Of a stretch of DNA of 64,000 bases, positions 58,399-64,000 are shown piece after piece. Position numbers and translations under genes: made by a program. The notes under the pieces are model-generated. The model saw only the letters and a list, made by a program, of their open reading frames with translations. It had not been told where the DNA came from and searched no databases. The stretch is from a virus: positions 17,637 to 81,636 of IMG/VR virus record IMGVR_UViG_3300047497_000079; one strand, 5' to 3'. Every line of letters starts with the position of its first letter. Position 1 is the stretch's first letter.

Positions 58399-61300
58399 AT
58401 GGACGGGAAACCCTCCCTCCTCACCGTCTACGAACACTTTCAACGATCTTTTGGTATTGAAATCAAACGGAAGGAGCGTAAGCACCTTCCTACGTTCGCT
58501 CCCCCCGAGAACAACGACGGCGCGATCTTTACCCGCTATTCTGGTGGGCTTTTCTATTCCACTGTTCTTGATCTAAGCAAGTCGGCTTCGGCTTATTCGA
58601 ATGAGGTCGCACTCATTGATAAGTACCGGGAGTTGGAAGCTTTTGCAGAGGTCGAGAATGCCATCGACGAGATCATCAACGAACTCGTGGTTGTCGACGA
58701 AGAAAACAATCCCGTTCAGCTTGTTCTCGATCAAGTTAATCTCAAAGAGAGCACCAAAAAGGCGATCCAGGAAGAATGGGATGGAGTCCTCAAACTCTTC
58801 CACTTCAAGAAATCTGGATACGACATTGCCAAGCGCTTTTACGTCGATGGGCGCATCTACTATCACTTGATGGTGGATCCCAACAATACACAATTGGGAA
58901 TTCAAGAAGTTAGATACATCGATCCTCGAATGATCAAGAAGGTCATCGAGCCAAAGATGCCAAAGACCGAAGCCGAAAAGGCACAGGTCCAGAAGCTAAT
59001 TGACGCCCGACAGTACGTCCAGCCCGAATACGACGAATACTTTTACTATAACGAATCCGGCATAAACAACATGACGGCCTCTGGTTTAAAGGTCGCCCCA
59101 GATTCAGTTGCCTATGCTCATTCAGGTTTGCTCGACCACAAAACAGGTATCGTCTACTCGCATCTTCATAAGGCGTTGAAGCCCTTTAATCTGCTTCGGA
59201 TGCTGGAAGATGCCTTTATCATTTATAAGTTGTGTCTTGTCGGTGATACTCGTGTCAAGACGCCCGGAGGTTACAAATTTATCAAAGATATTCTCGAAGG
59301 AGACGTTGTCTTTTCGACTGATGGACACGAGCTTATACCGACTCTCGTAACAAAATCATGGAAGACAGGGACCAAACCCGTCTTTTCCGTTAAGTCGACT
59401 CATTTTTCAGTTACAGGCTCAGATAATCATCCGATTCTTGTTTTCGATAACCAAACCAATGTAGTCGAATATATTGAAATCAAAGACATCAAGCCAAAGC
59501 AACATTCTTTTGTGTATATAAAACCTGTAGACACAGGATTTTATCCTGAAATGCCAATGCCGCGTGAAATGGCAGTTAAAATTACGAATCCAAAAGAGCT
59601 TTCTCCTCTCCGAAGAGCCTATGGAGAAATTCTACATCTTAAAGAGAAAACCGGTGTTGCGTTAAATCAGGTTCGAAATTTCTTATATGGTTTGCAATAT
59701 CTCAAAGAGTCCAAAGCCTTTCCAATACTCCAGGAATTGGGTTGCCCCAATGTCAAATTGGAGGCAAAATATGCGGGTAAGCACACAAATGATGTAAACC
59801 TCCCTTCGCATATTACACCGGAGTTTGCTCGACTTTTTGGGTTTATGATCGGAGATGGCTCAGTTTCACAATATGGCCTTTCGTTTGCTGAGGGTACTAA
59901 CGCAGACACAAACAGGTTTTACGCTAACCTCTTAATCACATATTTTGGTAATTGCCGACGTTATCATTCAACGGATGAGAGTCGTAAATATCTCAATTGG
60001 AATACGTCTTCGACACTTGGTGCAGAAGTGTTTGTGAAACTTGGTTTTGTATCTGGAGCAAAAAATAAAAGGGTTCCCGAATGGGTCTTTCACAGCGCTG
60101 ACTCTATCAAAGAAGCTTTCGTACTTGGTTATTGCGATGCTGATGCTCATATTCGTGGTCCTCTCTTTCAGAAAGAATGGGCAGCCGATCTAGCATGTTC
60201 AAACAAATCCCTTATTGAAGATATTAAGGAATTGTGGACAGGGCTTGGTTATTCTTCCGGTCATATCAGAGAACGCCAGCGTCAAGGTGGTTTTAGAACT
60301 TCCCTAGGGCGTTCAATGCCAGATACGACTTCTTATGAACTTCATATTTCGAAAACTTTATTAAAGAAATTCGAACGCATCACAGGCGTCGAGAACGCTG
60401 GCGAAGAGGATGTTTATGACCTCGAAGTTGAGCATGAAAAACACAATTTCATTGCTAACGGCATAGCTGTTCATAATTCGAGAGCACCCGAGCGGCGCAT
60501 ATTCTACATTGACGTATCGAACCTCCCCCCTGCCGTGGCTGAAAAATACCTACAGACAGTAGCCGAGCGTTACAAAAACAAAGTGGCCTATGACGCTACG
60601 ACGGGCGAAGTCACCAACGAACGCATGCATATGACTATGCTTCAGGACTTCTTCCTGGCGCAACGCGAAGGCAAAGGCACTCAGATCGACACGCTCGGTG
60701 GTGGTGGTTCCGACTTCACCGACATGAACCAAGTCGACTACCATCTGAAGAAACTATACCGAGCACTAAATATACCCATTAGTCGTATTGAAGACTCTGG
60801 TCCTTTTAATATGGGCCGGCCGTCTGAAATTACGCGAGATGAAGTTAAGTTCAATAAGTTTATTAGGCGGCTGCGCAATAGGTTCGTGGTGCTGCTTGAA
60901 AAGACTTTAGAAATACAACTCGTTCTGAAGCAGATCATGTCTCGTGAGGAGTTCATCGCAATCCGCGAGGATATCCGATATGACTTCCTTCAGGACAATC
61001 TCTTCACTGAGCTGAAGAACATAGACATGTGGACGGGCCGGGTATCATTACTTGCCGCCGTTCAGCCATATACAACGATGGTGGGAGGAGGATATTTCTC
61101 CCGTGCATGGGTAAAGAGAAATCTGCTCATGATGACAGAAGAAGAAGTCGAACAGATCGAAAAAGAAGTAGAAGAAGAAACGTTAGATGACCAACAAAAA
61201 GGGATTGATCCGAACGGCGCTGCTGTCGCTGGAGCAGGGGCAGCTCCCGCAGTTCCAACACTTAATGGACCGGGTTCTTCGTACCAAGATCTCATCGGGC

Positions 61301-61479
61301 ATCGAGAATACCCGGACGAGGATTTTCTCCGAGATGATGATGAGCCCGGATCGAGTGGAGACGCTCGCCATGCACTCTCAGAGGTCTTTTCCTCCGATAG
61401 GCTCGGCAGGCGATTATCCTTTGCAGAAGAGCATGAGTACCCTCGCAAACCGGGACACGGAAGGGCTAGAAGATCTTGA
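58399..61479 (+). CDS. gp20: Portal protein gp20 with intein
   Basis: RFYVDGRIY, RYIDPR, HKALKP.N.LRMLEDA..IY..|SRAPERRIFYID, EITRDEVKF. Confidence 0.95.
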   Translation: MDGKPSLLTVYEHFQRSFGIEIKRKERKHLPTFAPPENNDGAIFTRYSGGLFYSTVLDLSKSASAYSNEVALIDKYRELEAFAEVENAIDEIINELVVVDEENNPVQLVLDQVNLKESTKKAIQEEWDGVLKLFHFKKSGYDIAKRFYVDGRIYYHLMVDPNNTQLGIQEVRYIDPRMIKKVIEPKMPKTEAEKAQVQKLIDARQYVQPEYDEYFYYNESGINNMTASGLKVAPDSVAYAHSGLLDHKTGIVYSHLHKALKPFNLLRMLEDAFIIYKLCLVGDTRVKTPGGYKFIKDILEGDVVFSTDGHELIPTLVTKSWKTGTKPVFSVKSTHFSVTGSDNHPILVFDNQTNVVEYIEIKDIKPKQHSFVYIKPVDTGFYPEMPMPREMAVKITNPKELSPLRRAYGEILHLKEKTGVALNQVRNFLYGLQYLKESKAFPILQELGCPNVKLEAKYAGKHTNDVNLPSHITPEFARLFGFMIGDGSVSQYGLSFAEGTNADTNRFYANLLITYFGNCRRYHSTDESRKYLNWNTSSTLGAEVFVKLGFVSGAKNKRVPEWVFHSADSIKEAFVLGYCDADAHIRGPLFQKEWAADLACSNKSLIEDIKELWTGLGYSSGHIRERQRQGGFRTSLGRSMPDTTSYELHISKTLLKKFERITGVENAGEEDVYDLEVEHEKHNFIANGIAVHNSRAPERRIFYIDVSNLPPAVAEKYLQTVAERYKNKVAYDATTGEVTNERMHMTMLQDFFLAQREGKGTQIDTLGGGGSDFTDMNQVDYHLKKLYRALNIPISRIEDSGPFNMGRPSEITRDEVKFNKFIRRLRNRFVVLLEKTLEIQLVLKQIMSREEFIAIREDIRYDFLQDNLFTELKNIDMWTGRVSLLAAVQPYTTMVGGGYFSRAWVKRNLLMMTEEEVEQIEKEVEEETLDDQQKGIDPNGAAVAGAGAAPAVPTLNGPGSSYQDLIGHREYPDEDFLRDDDEPGSSGDARHALSEVFSSDRLGRRLSFAEEHEYPRKPGHGRARRS
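59233..60477 (+). mobile_element. Intein with LAGLIDADG endonuclease in gp20
   Basis: Starts CLVGDT; FGFMIGDG and LGYCDADA; ends VYDLEV..HNFIANGIAVHN|S. Confidence 0.92.
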
Positions 61480-61738
61480 CGATCTCAATAGCTCCGTTGC
61501 CCGCGAGAAGTATGGGTCGTTCTTCGACGACGAGGACGACGACGAAGTAGGGTTTCCAGAACCCGCTAATCCCACCTTTGGTGAGAGCATCGACACTTCG
61601 GCGCGGTGGCAAAAAGCAGCTCAGAATGCGCTAGCCAGAGGGGATAGAAAGCGGGCGGAACGCGCTCAGAGATTATCCAGGCGGGCCGCCCAGAGGAGAA
61701 TCGCCCGCGCGCAGGGTACACCAGGGAACGTCGATTAA
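61433..61738 (+). CDS. Putative prohead core/internal protein
   Basis: Acidic N-half and Arg-rich C-half; lies at the gp67/gp68 position. Confidence 0.5.
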   Translation: MSTLANRDTEGLEDLDDLNSSVAREKYGSFFDDEDDDEVGFPEPANPTFGESIDTSARWQKAAQNALARGDRKRAERAQRLSRRAAQRRIARAQGTPGNVD

Positions 61739-62049
61739 TGCCCGCGATCCAGAACATACCAGGACATTGCGTCACGCTTTCCACGGCATCTGAGACGATC
61801 ACGGCAAACACTGTCCAGCTAGCCAACACCGTCGAGCAAACCGTCACTGGTTTGGCCATTCGGAGGTTGAGATGGGCAGGTAACGTATCAATTACGCAGG
61901 GGAACACCGCCCTATCATTTCCAGCAAGCACGGCCGGAGAGTGGTATCTCGAAGGCATAGAATTGAATGATTATTACACCGCAAACGTGAGCATTACGAT
62001 CACTGGGGCGGGGACATGCATTTTGGAACTAGATAAACTTTATACTTAA
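61738..62049 (+). CDS. Small beta-rich protein upstream of gp21
   Basis: Translationally coupled ORF. Confidence 0.6.
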   Translation: MPAIQNIPGHCVTLSTASETITANTVQLANTVEQTVTGLAIRRLRWAGNVSITQGNTALSFPASTAGEWYLEGIELNDYYTANVSITITGAGTCILELDKLYT

Positions 62050-62061
62050 ACGATAGAGTAC

Positions 62062-62727
62062 ATGGGACTATTACTAAGAGAAGCTATTCAAGACGTTGAA
62101 ACAATCGTCGAAGAAGCCACAGATTCTAAGCCTAAGGGTTACTACATCCAGGGCATTTTCCTCCAGGCCGAAAATGAAAATCGGAATGGTAGGATCTATC
62201 CACGCAAGATCCTCGAAAAGGAAGTGCGGCGATACAACAAAGAATACGTTCAGAAGAACCGTGCCCTCGGGGAGCTTGGTCATCCCAATTCACCTTCCAT
62301 TCAGATGGAGCGGATTTCTCACGTAATAACGGACCTCAAGCAGAACGGAAATGATTTCATTGGCCGTGCCAAGGTCATTCCCGAAGGTCTGGGAAAGATT
62401 GCGCGTTCTCTCATCGATGAGGGTGTCAAGTTAGGTGCCTCTTCTCGCGGTGTCGGCTCATTATCCGAGAAGTCCGGCAAGACCTATGTCGATGAAGATT
62501 TCATGCTGTCTACAGCCGCAGATATTGTCCACGATCCGAGTGGTATCAATTGCTTTATCGAAGGACTGGTCGAGAATAAGCAATGGGTATGGGAATCTGG
62601 TGTTTGGCGCGAAAAAACTCTCATGCGCGAGAAAAGTAGAATCAAAAGAGCTTCGAAACGCCAGGTCGAGTCTACAATACTCGAAGCATTCGAGCGGTTA
62701 ATGTACCGCACGGCACGTAGAAAATAA
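62062..62727 (+). CDS. gp21: Prohead protease gp21
   Basis: GIFLQAE..NRNGRIYP, ALGELGHP, SSRGVGSL, DIV.DPS. Confidence 0.95.
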   Translation: MGLLLREAIQDVETIVEEATDSKPKGYYIQGIFLQAENENRNGRIYPRKILEKEVRRYNKEYVQKNRALGELGHPNSPSIQMERISHVITDLKQNGNDFIGRAKVIPEGLGKIARSLIDEGVKLGASSRGVGSLSEKSGKTYVDEDFMLSTAADIVHDPSGINCFIEGLVENKQWVWESGVWREKTLMREKSRIKRASKRQVESTILEAFERLMYRTARRK

Positions 62728-62778
62728 CGTACCGCATAAATACAAGTAAATCTTTTTAATACCAAAGGACTTTTGATA

Positions 62779-64000
62779 ATGGCTGGTCGCCGCAAGAAAT
62801 ATTTTAGGGAAGATGATGCGCTCCGTCCCGTCGATATGAATATGGGTCATGAAGTTGATCCTCATGTTTATGACGACGAGCCTGAAGGCGGTGACGACTT
62901 CGGTACCCCTATCGACAAAGACGAAGAACTCAACAAGAAACCCATGACTCGCCTCGAAACGAAGTCGGGTGCCATTCTTGCTATCACCGAGAAACTCTCC
63001 AAACTTTCACCCTCCGTCGTAAAAGAAATCGCTGCTCGAATCCGTGAGGAAGAGGACTGCGATAAAGACGAAAAGGACGACGATGAAGACATGAAGTCTG
63101 AGTCGAGGGGATACCGCTATCCTCGTTTCGTTCGTGAGGAAGATGAAGACGATGATCATCACGACCACGACGATGAAGACGGCGAGACCCAGGATGAATA
63201 TGCCCAGGAGGAGTCTTATTACTCCCGCAGGCGGCCGATTCGCGAAGACGAAGAAGATGATGAAGAACACCGCGATCATGATGATGACGATGAAGATGAA
63301 GATGTAAAAGAAGCGGCCTATTCCAGCCGGCTTTCAAGGCGTGCCCGGTACGAGGATTTCGAGGGCGATGAAATGCCCGTCGAACGCGAAGCCGGTGATG
63401 AGCCTGAACCCGACGAAGATTGGCCTGAAGAGCCAGGACATGAATACGAGAAACCCGAAGTACGCGTCGAGTCCACAGAAGACGACGATGACCATGGTTA
63501 CACCTACGTAGACGACGGTGATGACGATGACGAGGAAGATCGGAAAGACGTCAAGGAGCAAATCAAGCGCCTGCGCAAAGAAAGCCTGAAGACGCGTTAC
63601 AACGTAGGTAATCTCTTCGAGGGTCATGATCTTTCACCCGCATTCAAACGGAAGGCCGAAGAGGCATTCAACACTGCCGTGCTCGCGGGAGTAAAAGATA
63701 ATCTTAAAATTATTTCCGAGAACGAGATTAGGTCCCGTAAGCGGTTCCGTACGAAGCTCCGCGAAGACATGGTTCGGAAAATCGACCAGTACCTGACATA
63801 CGTGGCTGAGGAGTTCATTAAAGAGAACCGATTGGCCATCGAGAACGGACTAAAGGTTGAAATTACCGAGTCCTTTATGCGCGGCATGAAAGATTTGTTC
63901 GAGACACATTATGTCGAAGTGCCTGCCCGCAAGCGTAATCTCTTTGATGAGCTTTCGGAACAGTTAGAGAGAACAAATCAAAAGCTGACGAAACAGATCT
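62779..64000 (+). CDS. gp22: Prohead core scaffold gp22 (3'-partial) with a long acidic N-terminal extension
   Basis: Open from ATG 62779 to the window end; LSPAFKRKA..F..AV, IDQYLTYVAEEF..EN.LAIENGLK.EI.ESFM.GMK.LFE.HYVEVP. Confidence 0.9.
   Translation, partial: MAGRRKKYFREDDALRPVDMNMGHEVDPHVYDDEPEGGDDFGTPIDKDEELNKKPMTRLETKSGAILAITEKLSKLSPSVVKEIAARIREEEDCDKDEKDDDEDMKSESRGYRYPRFVREEDEDDDHHDHDDEDGETQDEYAQEESYYSRRRPIREDEEDDEEHRDHDDDDEDEDVKEAAYSSRLSRRARYEDFEGDEMPVEREAGDEPEPDEDWPEEPGHEYEKPEVRVESTEDDDDHGYTYVDDGDDDDEEDRKDVKEQIKRLRKESLKTRYNVGNLFEGHDLSPAFKRKAEEAFNTAVLAGVKDNLKIISENEIRSRKRFRTKLREDMVRKIDQYLTYVAEEFIKENRLAIENGLKVEITESFMRGMKDLFETHYVEVPARKRNLFDELSEQLERTNQKLTKQI

Noticed and set aside
61187-61432. 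Long N-terminal overlap of ORF 61187 with portal
   Set aside because: Probably a shadow extension; ATG 61433 is the more plausible start
1-64000. Genome-wide stop-codon reassignment
   Set aside because: Core genes are intact in the standard code and end with TGA, TAG and TAA; the TGA-anticodon tRNA is an ordinary Ser tRNA

Overview
This 64 kb window looks like part of a large T4-like (myovirus, probably jumbo-sized) phage genome, most likely infecting an alphaproteobacterium. Virion morphogenesis genes flank the window: gp6, gp7, gp8, a VrlC-like 2097-aa protein, tail fibre, Kelch protein, GH108 lysin and gp13/14/15 on the left; gp16, intein-split gp17, gp19, intein-split gp20, gp21 and partial gp22 on the right. 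A ~35 kb accessory region separates them. Highlights: (1) an apparently intact integrase-attP-AlpA module whose core is the 3' half of an alphaproteobacterial-type tRNA-His, suggesting a temperate T4-like phage; (2) about 12 dispersed genes whose products start with a T4 internal-protein-like capsid-targeting peptide (M-x-[ST]-F-x-x-[FYH]-[LIVM]-x-E), carrying predicted ADP-ribosyltransferase, metallopeptidase, ParB-like and novel repeated domains, mostly from apparently leaderless TAAATA late promoters; (3) an A9 slippery site joining two such ORFs; (4) two RNA-repair enzymes, each abutting a tRNA, plus two unannotated ~100-nt structured RNAs and a tRNA-like RNA; (5) gp18 missing from its usual position while two small ORFs carry sheath C-terminal motifs; (6) an unannotated 40-aa secreted CC..CC peptide. 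All calls come from motifs read by eye; no database searches were run.
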